DNA of 64,000 nt, from contig JABSQB010000003.1 in the NCBI GenBank assembly GCA_013214545.1, positions 37,236 through 101,235 of the forward strand. Direction: 5' to 3'. Below are positions 28,480 through 38,227 of the stretch, piece after piece. Made by a program: the position numbers and the translations under genes. The stretch is from Henriciella sp. Lineage in GTDB: Bacteria > Pseudomonadota > Alphaproteobacteria > Caulobacterales > Hyphomonadaceae. Within the stretch, counting starts at the first letter, position 1, and every line of letters starts with the position of its first letter. A model generated the notes under the pieces. That model saw only the letters and a list, made by a program, of their open reading frames with translations, was not told the origin of the DNA and searched no databases.

Positions 28480-29333
28480 GCAGGTTTTCGGGTCATCCCG
28501 AAGCGTTTCCAGAACACTGTGTCCACCGTGCGCTTAGGCAGCCGAACCGGGATGGTGAAATTGGTCAGCTTGTTTGGCACTGGCGCGTAGCGGGCTTTTG
28601 GCTTTCTCGCCGTGAGCGCGGTTTCAATCGTCTTGGCGATGACCGTTGGGTCAAGACCGGTCCGGCCCCCATCAAGCATGGTTTCGCTGAATTTCTCAAT
28701 CGCATCAGCCCAAGGCGAATTCGCGTATGGGTTCGAGCTGTTTGCGTCCTCGGCCTTGTCCCAGATTGGCGTTTTCACCGCGCCTGGACCAACGGCGATG
28801 GCATCGATGCCAAACAGAACCAATTCGCGGCGAAGGCTGTCCGTGATGCTTTCGACCGCATGCTTGGTTGCCGTGTAGGCGCCGAGGAATGGCGCGGATA
28901 GGCGGCCGCCGACGCTGGTAATATTGATAATCCGGCCAGGAGCCCCTTCCAGGGTCTCATCCATGCCGAGCAAAGGCGCAAAAGCCTGGCTGGCGCGCAG
29001 CAATCCGAACACGTTGACGGAAAAATGCGCTTCAAACTGGTCGAGCGGCTGCAGGGCGAGCGGACCCATATTGGCAATCCCGGCATTATTGACCAGGCCC
29101 GCAAGCTTCTGACCGTCGAGCGCCGCGCGCACGGTTTCGACCGCGGCATCAACTTGCTCTGGCCGCGTGACGTCGAGCAGGATGGGCTTGATACGCGCAT
29201 CTGCTTGCGTCAGCGCAGCGCCATCGGCTTCTTTGCGGATACCGGCAAACACCTGCCAACCTTTGCGGGCCAGATATTCTGCGGTTGCGCGGCCAATACC
29301 TGTAGAGGCCCCTGTTATCACAACTGTCTTCAT
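28476..29333 (-). CDS. SDR family oxidoreductase
   Basis: TGASTGIGRA cofactor motif, NNAG, YxxxK (YTATK). Confidence 0.85.
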   Translation of the reverse strand: MKTVVITGASTGIGRATAEYLARKGWQVFAGIRKEADGAALTQADARIKPILLDVTRPEQVDAAVETVRAALDGQKLAGLVNNAGIANMGPLALQPLDQFEAHFSVNVFGLLRASQAFAPLLGMDETLEGAPGRIINITSVGGRLSAPFLGAYTATKHAVESITDSLRRELVLFGIDAIAVGPGAVKTPIWDKAEDANSSNPYANSPWADAIEKFSETMLDGGRTGLDPTVIAKTIETALTARKPKARYAPVPNKLTNFTIPVRLPKRTVDTVFWKRFGMTRKPA

Positions 29334-29387
29334 AATGCCGGATCCTAAGTGATTCTATTTCTTATACGGTGTAGTATATGAAATGGA

Positions 29388-29873
29388 TTAAGTTTTGTCA
29401 GCCCCACCTTCGATCACCCGAAATTGCGGGGGTTTCTTAGGCTTGGCTTGCACCGAGATTGGAGTTTTTTGATCAGGTTCAAGGTCGCTCGCCCGCACGA
29501 GCTGAGGCTTTGACGGTTCTGGGCTAGGCGCCGGAGCCGTCTCCAGATCCTCGTCCACCTGGCGCACGCGCGGCTTGGACTTGCGTTTGAACCCGCCTTT
29601 TGAGCCAAAGCCGGACTTGCCTTTGCCACGGGCTTTCTTGTCGATTTCGCGCAGCTTCACGTGCTGGAGGGCCGACAATGCTTCGTCCGATCCGCCTTTA
29701 TCGAGATCGTGGAAGGCCGAACCGAACTTCTCGATTCGCTCTTCAACTTCTTCGAGGAATTGCTTCTCCCAGTCCGACAGCGGCGGCCCGAGGCCCTGCT
29801 CAGCGAGCATCGCGGCTTTGCGCAATTTGCGCAGAGCCTTGCGTTTCTTTCGCTCGTCGACGTCACGGGGCAT
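29388..29873 (-). CDS. Hypothetical highly basic protein
   Basis: 161-aa ORF 47 bp downstream of gapR on the same strand. It has Lys/Arg-rich segments (KKRKALRKLRK; KKARGKGKSGFGSKGGFKRKSK). I recognise no family. Confidence 0.5.
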   Translation of the reverse strand: MPRDVDERKKRKALRKLRKAAMLAEQGLGPPLSDWEKQFLEEVEERIEKFGSAFHDLDKGGSDEALSALQHVKLREIDKKARGKGKSGFGSKGGFKRKSKPRVRQVDEDLETAPAPSPEPSKPQLVRASDLEPDQKTPISVQAKPKKPPQFRVIEGGADKT

Positions 29874-29920
29874 GGCGCAAAGTCTACGGCGATCCGCCCC
29901 CCTGCCGCAAGGTCGCGCGG

Positions 29921-30181
29921 TTACAGTTCGCCCAACGCGTCCATATAGACTTCCAGGATCGCTTCCTGTTCAGCGCGCTCATCGCGGTCCTGCTTGCGAA
30001 GCTTGATCACGGTGCGCAGTGCTTTTGTGTCATAGCCGAGCGCTTTCGCCTCGCCATAGACTTCCTTGATCTGCTCAGCGATTTCCTTCTTTTCTTCTTC
30101 GAGGCGCTCAATCCGCTCGACCGTGAGGCGCAGTTTTTCGCGTGCGGCTTCGGTCAGATTGTCATTCATCGGTTCGGTCAT
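29921..30181 (-). CDS. gapR: DUF2312 / UPF0335 nucleoid-associated protein (GapR-like)
   Basis: [47 protein letters not shown] is the DUF2312 signature. The start is taken at the internal ATG 30181 (~87 aa); the ORF extends to 30268. Confidence 0.75.
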   Translation of the reverse strand: MTEPMNDNLTEAAREKLRLTVERIERLEEEKKEIAEQIKEVYGEAKALGYDTKALRTVIKLRKQDRDERAEQEAILEVYMDALGEL

Positions 30182-30344
30182 AGCGTCTCTCAATGCAGAA
30201 ATTGTCAAAAGGAACCCCGGCTCCCTAATCGCAAAAGCGAGCCATGGCGAGCGACAATTGAGCGCCAATTGCAGCGGGGCCTGCTAACGCGAAGTTGAAA
30301 CATCTGTGAGTGGACGCTTCAGCCGCGGGCGCTATCTAGATGGC

Positions 30345-30872
30345 ATGATGAAAAGTCTTCTCTTCACGCCGCAGCGCCGCACATTCCTGATGGCGGCGCC
30401 CGCCGCTATGATTGCCGCCTGTTCAGGCGCCGGTAAGTCCGGCCAGGCATTTGCGAGTACGCCAAATGCTGATTTCGCCGACAGCGAATGGCGCAACCTG
30501 ACTGAAGCTGAATGGAAAGAGCGCCTCAGCCCACTTGCTTATCGAGTCCTGCGCGAGGAGGCGACAGAGCGCGCCTTCACCTCGCCGCTGAACGATGAAA
30601 AGCGCGACGGCGTATTTCATTGCGCTGGCTGCGACCTCGCTTTGTTTGAGAGCAGCACGAAATACGATAGCGGCACAGGCTGGCCGAGCTTCTATGACTA
30701 CATTCCCGGCACACTCGGCTTCAAGGAAGACAATAAGCTGTGGATGACGCGCACCGAATATCATTGTGCACGCTGCGGCGGTCATCATGGGCACGTGTTT
30801 ACCGATGGCCCGGCGCCCACCGGCCTGCGCTATTGCAATAATGGCGTCGCCTTGACGTTTAAGCCCGCCTAG
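30345..30872 (+). CDS. msrB: Peptide-methionine (R)-S-oxide reductase MsrB, predicted exported
   Basis: SelR domain with two CxxC pairs (CAGC, CARC) and GHVF. The N-terminus MMKSLLFTPQRRTFLMAAPAAMIAAC looks like a twin-arginine signal with a lipobox. The ORF extends to GTG 30306. Confidence 0.9.
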   Translation: MMKSLLFTPQRRTFLMAAPAAMIAACSGAGKSGQAFASTPNADFADSEWRNLTEAEWKERLSPLAYRVLREEATERAFTSPLNDEKRDGVFHCAGCDLALFESSTKYDSGTGWPSFYDYIPGTLGFKEDNKLWMTRTEYHCARCGGHHGHVFTDGPAPTGLRYCNNGVALTFKPA

Positions 30873-31303
30873 TCGGCTTTCTTCTCGCCAAACAGATCCA
30901 TCTGATTGGGATCGACATGGCGCTTGCGCCGTCTCTTCTTGGTGCGTCCGGATTTGAAATAGAGATCATCGGTGTGATCTTCTTGTGATCCTTCCGGCTC
31001 TGCCTTGGGTTTTGGCGCGGGCTTCTTTTTTTTGGCTTTTGCGAGCTTCCAATAGGTCACCGCCAGAACGGTTTTACCTGAGCCATCTTCATAGTGCTGG
31101 ACAAAACCATGCCCTGGATTGGCCTCGGCCTGTTCAAGGATTTTCGGCAGGTCCTTTTCCGACGGCGTGATCCATTCGGTTTCCAGCGACGCAATCGCCA
31201 CATCACCGGCCAGGTCTTCAGCTTCATAGCGCGTGCGCGCCGCTTCATGCGCACCTTTCAGCGCGTCGCGAGCTGTTTTGCCGAGGGGATACGTGTGGCT
31301 CAT
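30869..31303 (-). CDS. Hypothetical protein with basic tail and C-terminal QMDLF motif
   Basis: 144-aa ORF 45 bp downstream of mmcB on the same strand. It has a Lys-rich linker (KAKKKKPAPKPK), then KKRRRKRHVDPNQMDLFGEKKAD. No obvious Shine-Dalgarno. Confidence 0.5.
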   Translation of the reverse strand: MSHTYPLGKTARDALKGAHEAARTRYEAEDLAGDVAIASLETEWITPSEKDLPKILEQAEANPGHGFVQHYEDGSGKTVLAVTYWKLAKAKKKKPAPKPKAEPEGSQEDHTDDLYFKSGRTKKRRRKRHVDPNQMDLFGEKKAD

Positions 31304-31348
31304 AAGGGCGCAGCTAGGGTCGAGAGGCTTAAGAGTCCATAGGGCATC

Positions 31349-31792
31349 TTAGGCAATCACAGGTTGGCAAAGACGCGCAGCCGCGAGGCGGGCAAATCTC
31401 AGCGTGACAGCCTTGCGCCGGGCGGCGACCAATTTCTCACATTCCGGCTCGCGCAGGATCGCACCGCCAAACGCGTCAGCGATGATCAAACCGGTCTCGT
31501 CCGGGATCAGATCCTGCGGAAAGTCGTGCCCGACGGCGAAATAGAAGCGGTCGCAGAACGGGCGATATTCCGGCCATTTCTGATCGCTGCGGAAGTCTGC
31601 GACGGAGGATTTGATCTCGACAATGCTGATCTCCCCGCCTGGCCCGATCGCCGCCACATCCGCGCGGCGGCCATTGGCGAGCGTCATCTCGGTCACGCCA
31701 GCATAGCCATGGTCAGTGAGCAGCCGCAAAACGCCGCGCGCGATTTGCTGTGCGACCGGGCTCAGCGTCTCGTCTGCCTGCATTTGTTCCAT
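31349..31792 (-). CDS. mmcB: MmcB family DNA repair protein
   Basis: GRRADVAAIGPGGEISIVEIKSSVADFRSDQKWPEYRPFCDRFYFAV matches the MmcB/DUF1052 nuclease-like core. ATG 31792 has a GGGAGG Shine-Dalgarno 6 nt upstream. The longer ORF (to 31870) would run into the upstream terminator. Confidence 0.75.
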   Translation of the reverse strand: MEQMQADETLSPVAQQIARGVLRLLTDHGYAGVTEMTLANGRRADVAAIGPGGEISIVEIKSSVADFRSDQKWPEYRPFCDRFYFAVGHDFPQDLIPDETGLIIADAFGGAILREPECEKLVAARRKAVTLRFARLAAARLCQPVIA

Positions 31793-31808
31793 GCTCGCCT
31801 CCCGCCAT

Positions 31809-31823
31809 GTTCTTGTGATGTTC
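31809..31823 (-). promoter_or_regulatory. Alphaproteobacterial SOS (LexA) box GTTC-N7-GTTC
   Basis: GTTCTTGTGATGTTC is a perfect match to GTTCN7GTTC (GAACN7GAAC on the gene strand), 17-31 nt upstream of the mmcB start codon. mmcB is SOS-regulated in Caulobacter. Confidence 0.65.
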
Positions 31824-31852
31824 CAGAATACGAGTCTCGCCCCGGAGGTCAA

Positions 31853-31883
31853 ATAAAAAAGCCCCGGCACGCGGCCGGGGCTT
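31853..31883 (-). terminator. Rho-independent terminator of the BI-1 family gene
   Basis: AAGCCCCGGC-loop-GCCGGGGCTT. On the minus strand the stem is followed by TTTTTTATTT. Confidence 0.8.
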
Positions 31884-31904
31884 CTTGATCGGGTCGTTTG
31901 AGGC

Positions 31905-32687
31905 TTATTCGCGCGAAGCGAGCAGCATCAAAACAAAGCGGAACATGTTGACGAACATGATGAAGAAATTGAGGGCGCCCCAATTCGTCATCACCGCCAT
32001 GCTGCGCTGATCACCAGCAAAGGCATAATAGCCTTCCTTCAGCTCTTGCGTCTGCCAGGCAACGAGGACCGCAGAAAGCAATGCAAAGCCGCCAGAGATC
32101 ATCCATTCCATGGTGGAGGATGGCTCAATCAGGCCGAACATTGGCAGCACCGCGTAAATGATCGCCACAGCCACCAGAGCCCAAAGCGCCATGATCGCAA
32201 AGCTGCCAATGGCGCTCAGATTCTGCTTGGTCGAATAGCCCCACAGCGACAGCGCACCGAAGGCTGAAGCGGTGATGAAGAAGGCTTTCGCGATGGTGCC
32301 ATAGTTCACCGCTTGCTGAATACCGCCAGCGGTCGAATAGGACATGCCGGAGCTCGCCATAGCGAAATAGACGCCCATACCGAGGCCAATCAACGCGACG
32401 AGCGCCCAATACAATATTGCCGAACCGGTCGGGCTCGGATTCTTCATGAAGAACATGGAGCCGAAAATGATGGCGATCGGTCCAAACGCGACGACAAAGT
32501 AGAGCGGCGTATTGAACACGAGGTTATAAACAACAGGCACCGTGCCTGCGACAAAAGCAAGAATACCCGCAATGGCGATGCCGATGGTCAGCTTGGAATA
32601 GACCCCGAGCATAAAGGATCGCAGGCCAGCGTCCACGCTGGTATCCATCGTCCCGCCACGGGCGATAGATCTGTTGAAGTCGTTCAT
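31905..32687 (-). CDS. Bax inhibitor-1/YccA family membrane protein
   Basis: 260 aa with 7 predicted TM helices and the typical N-terminal motif GLRSFMLGVY. Confidence 0.85.
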   Translation of the reverse strand: MNDFNRSIARGGTMDTSVDAGLRSFMLGVYSKLTIGIAIAGILAFVAGTVPVVYNLVFNTPLYFVVAFGPIAIIFGSMFFMKNPSPTGSAILYWALVALIGLGMGVYFAMASSGMSYSTAGGIQQAVNYGTIAKAFFITASAFGALSLWGYSTKQNLSAIGSFAIMALWALVAVAIIYAVLPMFGLIEPSSTMEWMISGGFALLSAVLVAWQTQELKEGYYAFAGDQRSMAVMTNWGALNFFIMFVNMFRFVLMLLASRE

Positions 32688-32833
32688 GGCTTCCTCTTTT
32701 CAAAGGCCCGCGCACGAGCGCACGGATTACCTATATTATGTGGTCGTTTTTATCGCTTTTCAAGAAAAACCGGACTGGTCAGCAGCAGAATCAGCTCTAT
32801 CGTTTTCGCCGATCACGGAATGAGGAAATACCT

Positions 32834-33889
32834 ATGACAATTGAGAAACGGCGGCTGGGACGAACAGATTTGATGGTGACGTCCTGCTGTCTTGGCACGA
32901 TGACCTGGGGCCAGCAGAATACCGAGGCCGAAGGGCACGCCCAGATGGACTATGCGATGGATCGCGGTGTGAACTTCTGGGATACCGCGGAAATGTACTC
33001 CGTCCCGCCTTCAGCGGAGACACAAGGCTCAACCGAGCGCATTATCGGCACCTGGTTTCAAAAGACCGGCCGCCGTCAGGATGTCATCCTGGCGACCAAA
33101 ATCGCAGGTCTGTCCAAGCAGATCTGGACCCGCGACGCCGATGTCGAATGGACCCGCCACACCAAGGAACAGGTCGATGAGGCGGTGTTCAAAAGCCTAA
33201 AACGGCTGCAGACCGACTATATTGACCTCTACCAGTTGCACTGGCCGGATCGCCCGGTCGGCCTGTTCGGCAACAAGATGGATGCCAGAGCCTATGGCTA
33301 CCCGTACGAACCGTTTGAGGACGTTCTCGGCCATCTCGAGGCGCATGTGAAAGCGGGTCGGATCCGTCATATCGGTGTCTCGAACGAAACACCGTTCGGC
33401 GTGATGCGGTTCCTGGCCGAAAGCGAAGCGAGGGGCCTGCCGCGCATGGCTTCGATCCAGAACGCCTACAATCTCGTCAATCGCCAGTTTGAGGATGGGG
33501 GCTTGGAAGAAGTCTGCGTCCGCGAAGAGGTCAGTCTGCTGGCTTATTCGCCGCTCGGACAAGGCTATCTGACCGGCAAGTACCGTAATGGCGCTTTGCC
33601 AAAGGGGTCGCGCAAGGAATTGTTCAACCGTCTCCAGCGCTATGAGAGCCCGCAGGGCCTGCGCGCGATTGAATCCTATCTCCAGCTCGCTGACGAAACC
33701 GGCCTCGACCCGAGTCAGATTGCGATCAAGTTCTGCGATACACGGGCCTTCATGGGATCCACCATTATCGGCGCAACGAGTATGGAGCAGCTCAAGATCT
33801 GCATTGATGCCTTCGATCTGGAGTGGACGGACGAACTGGAAGACGCGGTCAATGCACGGCACGCGGAACAGCCGTCTCCTTGCCCTTAA
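32834..33889 (+). CDS. NADP(H)-dependent aldo/keto reductase (Tas-like)
   Basis: MTIEKRRLGRTDLMVTSCCLGTMTWG, DTAEMY, HWPD, GVSNE. GAGGA lies upstream of ATG 32834. The ORF extends to 32738. Confidence 0.9.
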   Translation: MTIEKRRLGRTDLMVTSCCLGTMTWGQQNTEAEGHAQMDYAMDRGVNFWDTAEMYSVPPSAETQGSTERIIGTWFQKTGRRQDVILATKIAGLSKQIWTRDADVEWTRHTKEQVDEAVFKSLKRLQTDYIDLYQLHWPDRPVGLFGNKMDARAYGYPYEPFEDVLGHLEAHVKAGRIRHIGVSNETPFGVMRFLAESEARGLPRMASIQNAYNLVNRQFEDGGLEEVCVREEVSLLAYSPLGQGYLTGKYRNGALPKGSRKELFNRLQRYESPQGLRAIESYLQLADETGLDPSQIAIKFCDTRAFMGSTIIGATSMEQLKICIDAFDLEWTDELEDAVNARHAEQPSPCP

Positions 33890-33993
33890 CCATAGGATCT
33901 ATTGATTTGGTTTGACTTTAACCCAACGCAAAGGCAGGTTTATCGCTACTGCATCGATCACAACAGGTCGCAGTATAGTTAAGGGGAACAAAG

Positions 33994-34326
33994 ATGGCTG
34001 ACGCCTCAAAGTACGAAGACAACATCAAGAAATACGCAAGCGGCTATAATCAGGCCGCGGCAGAGAAAATTGTGGGACATCTCGGAATCGCGCTTCGCAA
34101 TCGCGATAGCTCGTTGGTTTCTTGCTCAGACGATACCGAACTTCAGCGCGTGCGTGAGAAGTGGTGCCGCGGCAAGCTTTCGCTGGCCCACACCAATGAC
34201 CAATTGGACGCAGCCATCGGGACAGTCTGCGAAAAACTCGCCGCAGAGGGCGGCAACAAGTCTCGCGTCACCTTCTATTACCTGCTCGCAGAGCATTTCG
34301 GTAAGCTGGATGCGCTCGCAGGATAA
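33994..34326 (+). CDS. DUF2853 family protein
   Basis: 110 aa; SLVSCSD...RVTFYYLLAEHFGKL matches the DUF2853 pattern as I recall it. Confidence 0.8.
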   Translation: MADASKYEDNIKKYASGYNQAAAEKIVGHLGIALRNRDSSLVSCSDDTELQRVREKWCRGKLSLAHTNDQLDAAIGTVCEKLAAEGGNKSRVTFYYLLAEHFGKLDALAG

Positions 34327-34350
34327 ACCGATTATCCTAAAAACACTCAG

Positions 34351-34378
34351 AAAGCCCGGCCGCTGGCCGGGCTTTTTC
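34351..34378 (+). terminator. Rho-independent terminator
   Basis: AAAGCCCGGCC-GCT-GGCCGGGCTTT followed by TTTTT, just after the DUF2853 gene. Confidence 0.85.
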
Positions 34379-34415
34379 GTTTCCACCATTGCTCCGGTGA
34401 TGTAGGCGCTTCGAT

Positions 34416-34955
34416 ATGCACAGACTCTTTGCTGCCCTTCCGGTTCCAGATCAGGTCGCTGATCGATTGACCCCGCTCGCAGTCGACATCCATGGCGCGC
34501 GCTGGCGCCGCCGCGACCATTACCACATTACCCTTTGCTTCTATGGCCAAGTTGATGGCGAAACCGCAGATGCGATTGCCGACGCGCTGGATGAAATTCA
34601 TGCGCCATCTTTAGAGCTTAAGGTGGAAGGCGTTGGCTGGTTTGGGCGCCGCGAACCCCGCGCGCTCTACGCCCGGATTGTCGAAAACGAAGCCCTGTCA
34701 GCCCTAGCCGCGTCGTGCCGTAAGATCGCACGAAAATTTGATGTGAAGCTCGGCCAGGATCCATTTCTGCCGCACATCACACTCGCCTATTGCAATCAGA
34801 CACCGCTAGAGGCCGCGATGGCGTGGAGTGAAGACTTCCAGATTCTCAACACTGACCGCTTCATCGCCGACGAATTCCATCTGTATGAAAGCTTCACGGG
34901 ACACAGACGGCAAAGCCAGTACGTTGCCCAGGCAGATTATCGCCTCGGTGCGTGA
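34416..34955 (+). CDS. thpR: RNA 2',3'-cyclic phosphodiesterase (2H family, ThpR/LigT)
   Basis: 179 aa with two HxT/S motifs (HITLCF and HITLAY) at the expected spacing. Confidence 0.85.
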   Translation: MHRLFAALPVPDQVADRLTPLAVDIHGARWRRRDHYHITLCFYGQVDGETADAIADALDEIHAPSLELKVEGVGWFGRREPRALYARIVENEALSALAASCRKIARKFDVKLGQDPFLPHITLAYCNQTPLEAAMAWSEDFQILNTDRFIADEFHLYESFTGHRRQSQYVAQADYRLGA

Positions 34956-35019
34956 CTACTGACGAAACCTGTCAGGACGCTCGGTTGACGCCACCCGTTT
35001 TGGGAGAAACAAGAGTGCC

Positions 35020-36282
35020 ATGGCACAACCAAGCACAAAGCCGCAATCTTCGCAGAACCTGACCGCTCGATACCTACGTGTCCGACGACAGACGGAGGCG
35101 CTCGCGGCAACGCTCAGCGATGCGGACGCGACAGCGCAGTCCATGGAGGATGCGAGCCCGGCCAAATGGCATCTTGCGCATACGACCTGGTTCTTTGAGG
35201 AGTTCATGCTGGCGCCAGTATTTGGCGAGTGTGTGCGCTTCCATGACAAGTTCAGTTATTTGTTCAACTCCTATTATGACGCGGTGGGGACGAGGCATGC
35301 GCGTCCCATGCGCGGGCTGCTGACGCGGCCTTCGCTGGAGGAAGTGCTGATCTATCGCGCGCATGTCGACACCCGAATGGCAGACCTGTTTGAGGACCAT
35401 CCTGAGGCCTGCGAACTGCTCGATCTTGGCCTTGCCCACGAACAGCAGCACCAGGAGTTACTTCTGACAGACATCCTGCATCTGTTTGCTCAAAACCCGC
35501 TGCGCCCGGCCCTGAAGCCAGAGGTCAATCTCCAGACCGCCAATCTGGAAGCTGCGCCTCTGACTTGGGATCGGTTTGAGGGCCGGCAGGTCGAAATTGG
35601 TCATAGCGCGCCCGATTTCGCCTTCGATTGTGAAACGCCAATGCACGAGGTCATCGTCCGTCCCTTCGAGCTCTCCAGCCGAACGGTGACCAATCGGGAA
35701 TGGCTCGCCTTTGTGAATGATGGCGGCTATCTCGACCCGAAATTCTGGCTCTCAGACGGGTATGCCACCGCTCAGGCGTCTGAATGGCAAGCCCCGCTAT
35801 ACTGGCACAAATCAGGCGATGCCTGGCACACGATGACGCTGTCAGGCAGACAGCGCCTCAATCTCGAAGCGCCGGTCACGCATATCAGCTATTATGAGGC
35901 GGATGCCTACGCCACCTGGGCGGGTGCGCGCTTGCCGACTGAGCAGGAATGGGAAGTCGCCGCCAGAGAAACAGACCTTAGAGGCACCTTCGCCGGGACC
36001 GGCTATTATCAGCCGCAGGTACAGGCTGATGTATCTGAGCGCTATTTTTTCGGCGACGTCTGGGAATGGACGGCGAGCCCGTTTACGCCCTATCCCGGTT
36101 TCAGCGTCGCGGACGGGGCGGTGGGCGAATATAATGGCAAGTTCATGAGCGGTCAGATGGTGCTGCGTGGAGGCTCCTGCGTGACGCCGGATGCTCATAT
36201 TCGCGCCACCTATCGCAATTTCTTTCACCCCGATAAACGCTGGCAATTCAGCGGCTTACGCCTGGCCAGGGATGCCGATTGA
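35020..36282 (+). CDS. egtB: Ergothioneine biosynthesis protein EgtB (hercynine sulfoxide synthase)
   Basis: 420 aa with a DinB-like N-terminal domain ([24 protein letters not shown]) and an FGE-sulfatase-type C-terminal domain (GDVWEWT, RGGS). It is immediately followed by, and overlaps, egtD. Confidence 0.85.
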   Translation: MAQPSTKPQSSQNLTARYLRVRRQTEALAATLSDADATAQSMEDASPAKWHLAHTTWFFEEFMLAPVFGECVRFHDKFSYLFNSYYDAVGTRHARPMRGLLTRPSLEEVLIYRAHVDTRMADLFEDHPEACELLDLGLAHEQQHQELLLTDILHLFAQNPLRPALKPEVNLQTANLEAAPLTWDRFEGRQVEIGHSAPDFAFDCETPMHEVIVRPFELSSRTVTNREWLAFVNDGGYLDPKFWLSDGYATAQASEWQAPLYWHKSGDAWHTMTLSGRQRLNLEAPVTHISYYEADAYATWAGARLPTEQEWEVAARETDLRGTFAGTGYYQPQVQADVSERYFFGDVWEWTASPFTPYPGFSVADGAVGEYNGKFMSGQMVLRGGSCVTPDAHIRATYRNFFHPDKRWQFSGLRLARDAD

Positions 36283-37235
36283 TGGATGATGTCTTTGAAC
36301 CCGCGGCGTCGGACACGCGGGCTGTTTTTCTGCGCGATGTTTTGAATGGCCTGTCCAAACCGCAGAAAAGCCTGCCCTGCCAGTATTTCTATGATGCAGC
36401 GGGATCCGAACTGTTCGAGCAGATTACGGAGCTGCCGGAATACTATCCGACCCGGACGGAGACGGCGATCTTGAACACCCATGCGGGCGACATGGCAGAA
36501 GCGCTCGGCCGCGACGTCTTGCTCGTCGAATATGGCGCAGGCGCCTCGACCAAAACCCGGATCCTGCTGGATGCCCTTCGGGAACTGGCTGGTTATGTCC
36601 CGATTGATGTCTCGGAAGAGTTCCTGTTGCATACCGCTCAAGCACTACGAGCTGACTATCCAGAGCTTCCCGTCTATCCGATCGTCGGCGACTTCATGAC
36701 CCGGTTCGGACTGCCGCAAGACAGTCAGGGCCAGCCGGTTGGTTTCTTCCCCGGCTCTACCATTGGCAATCTCAATGATGATGAGATCGTCCAGTTCATG
36801 ACCGCCGCGCGCGCCCTGCTTGGCGATCAGAGCCAGTTCCTTATCGGGATCGATCTACGTAAAGATGCGAGCATTCTCATCCCCGCTTATGATGATGCCG
36901 CGGGTGTTACAGCTAAATTCAATCTCAATCTGCTGACCCGGATCAATCGCGAACTCGGGGCCGACTTTGATCTTGGCGGGTTTGCTCATCGCGCCATCTG
37001 GAATGATGACGCATCCCGGATCGAAATGCATCTGGAAAGCCTGCGCATGCAGAGCGTGCATATCGGCGACCGCACTGTTTCCTTCGATGCTGGCGAGACC
37101 ATCCATACGGAGAATTCGCGTAAATTCACGATTGACAGCCTGCTGCCCCTGTTCGAACAAACAGGGTGGATACTGAAAAAGAACTGGCTGGACGAGGACC
37201 GCTATTTCGCGGTGTTGCTGCTCTCAGCCACATAA
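36279..37235 (+). CDS. egtD: L-histidine N(alpha)-methyltransferase EgtD
   Basis: [26 protein letters not shown] and EYGAGAS SAM motifs. 4-nt overlap with egtB. Confidence 0.85.
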   Translation: MMDDVFEPAASDTRAVFLRDVLNGLSKPQKSLPCQYFYDAAGSELFEQITELPEYYPTRTETAILNTHAGDMAEALGRDVLLVEYGAGASTKTRILLDALRELAGYVPIDVSEEFLLHTAQALRADYPELPVYPIVGDFMTRFGLPQDSQGQPVGFFPGSTIGNLNDDEIVQFMTAARALLGDQSQFLIGIDLRKDASILIPAYDDAAGVTAKFNLNLLTRINRELGADFDLGGFAHRAIWNDDASRIEMHLESLRMQSVHIGDRTVSFDAGETIHTENSRKFTIDSLLPLFEQTGWILKKNWLDEDRYFAVLLLSAT

Positions 37236-37251
37236 GCTGGGAGAGGAATCG

Positions 37252-38058
37252 ATGAGAGATTTGGAAGGCCGCAAGGCGCTGGTAACGGGATCCGCCACAG
37301 GCCTTGGGCGTTCCATCGCCGTTATGCTGGCAGAACGCGGCGCTGATATCATCGTCAATTGTACGCGCTCACTTGAAGACGCGGAAGAAACCGTCGCCAT
37401 CTGCAATGGACATGGCGCCCAGACCCAGCTCATCGCCGCGGATGTCTCCACTGATGAGGGCTGCGCCAAACTCGCTGAAGCCGCCGGTCGTTGGGGGCAC
37501 CTCGACATCCTGGCCAATAATGCAGGCATTACCCGCCATGCCCGCGATCATAGCGACCTCAACGCCCTGTCCCGGCAGGATTTTCTCGATACTTATGCCG
37601 TCAATGTCGCCGGACCGTTTCTGATCATGCAGGCGTGCAAAGACCTGATGGTCAAGGCTTATGAGACCACCGGCCGGGCGAGCGCCGTGCTCAATGTCTC
37701 ATCTATTGCCGGGGTCACGGGCATTGGCTCATCCGTCGCTTACGCAGCAACCAAGGGCGCGCTGAATACGATGACGCTCTCATTGGCGCGGGCGCTTGCT
37801 CCAGCCATTCGAGTCAATGCGGTCTGCCCCGGATTTATCGGGACGCGCTGGTTCAAGGACGAAATGGACGCGGAAAGCTATGCCCGGATGGAAGAAGGCG
37901 TGGCCAAATCAGTTCCGCTGAATGTGGCCAGTGGCCCCGATGATGTTGCAGCTTCGGCTGTGTTCTTTCTGACCGACGCCTCCCGTCATGTGACCGGCGA
38001 GACCTTGCTCGTCGATGCCGGCATGCACCTCGGTTATGCGCCCCTCGCCGCGCGTTAA
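37252..38058 (+). CDS. SDR family oxidoreductase
   Basis: TGSATGLGRS, NNAG, YAATK motifs. Confidence 0.85.
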   Translation: MRDLEGRKALVTGSATGLGRSIAVMLAERGADIIVNCTRSLEDAEETVAICNGHGAQTQLIAADVSTDEGCAKLAEAAGRWGHLDILANNAGITRHARDHSDLNALSRQDFLDTYAVNVAGPFLIMQACKDLMVKAYETTGRASAVLNVSSIAGVTGIGSSVAYAATKGALNTMTLSLARALAPAIRVNAVCPGFIGTRWFKDEMDAESYARMEEGVAKSVPLNVASGPDDVAASAVFFLTDASRHVTGETLLVDAGMHLGYAPLAAR

Positions 38059-38227
38059 AGGATATATCCATCTAGGCTTCCGACGCCAGAACGGGCGCGA
38101 TTTGGGCAATCTGCTCAAATTTCGTGCGCATTCCCAGAAATTGCATCTCTCCCCATCGTCTTAAGTGGCCAAATTCCGAGCAGTCGGCTCTTTGGGCTCA
38201 CCGATCGCAATAACTGGAAGGAACAGA

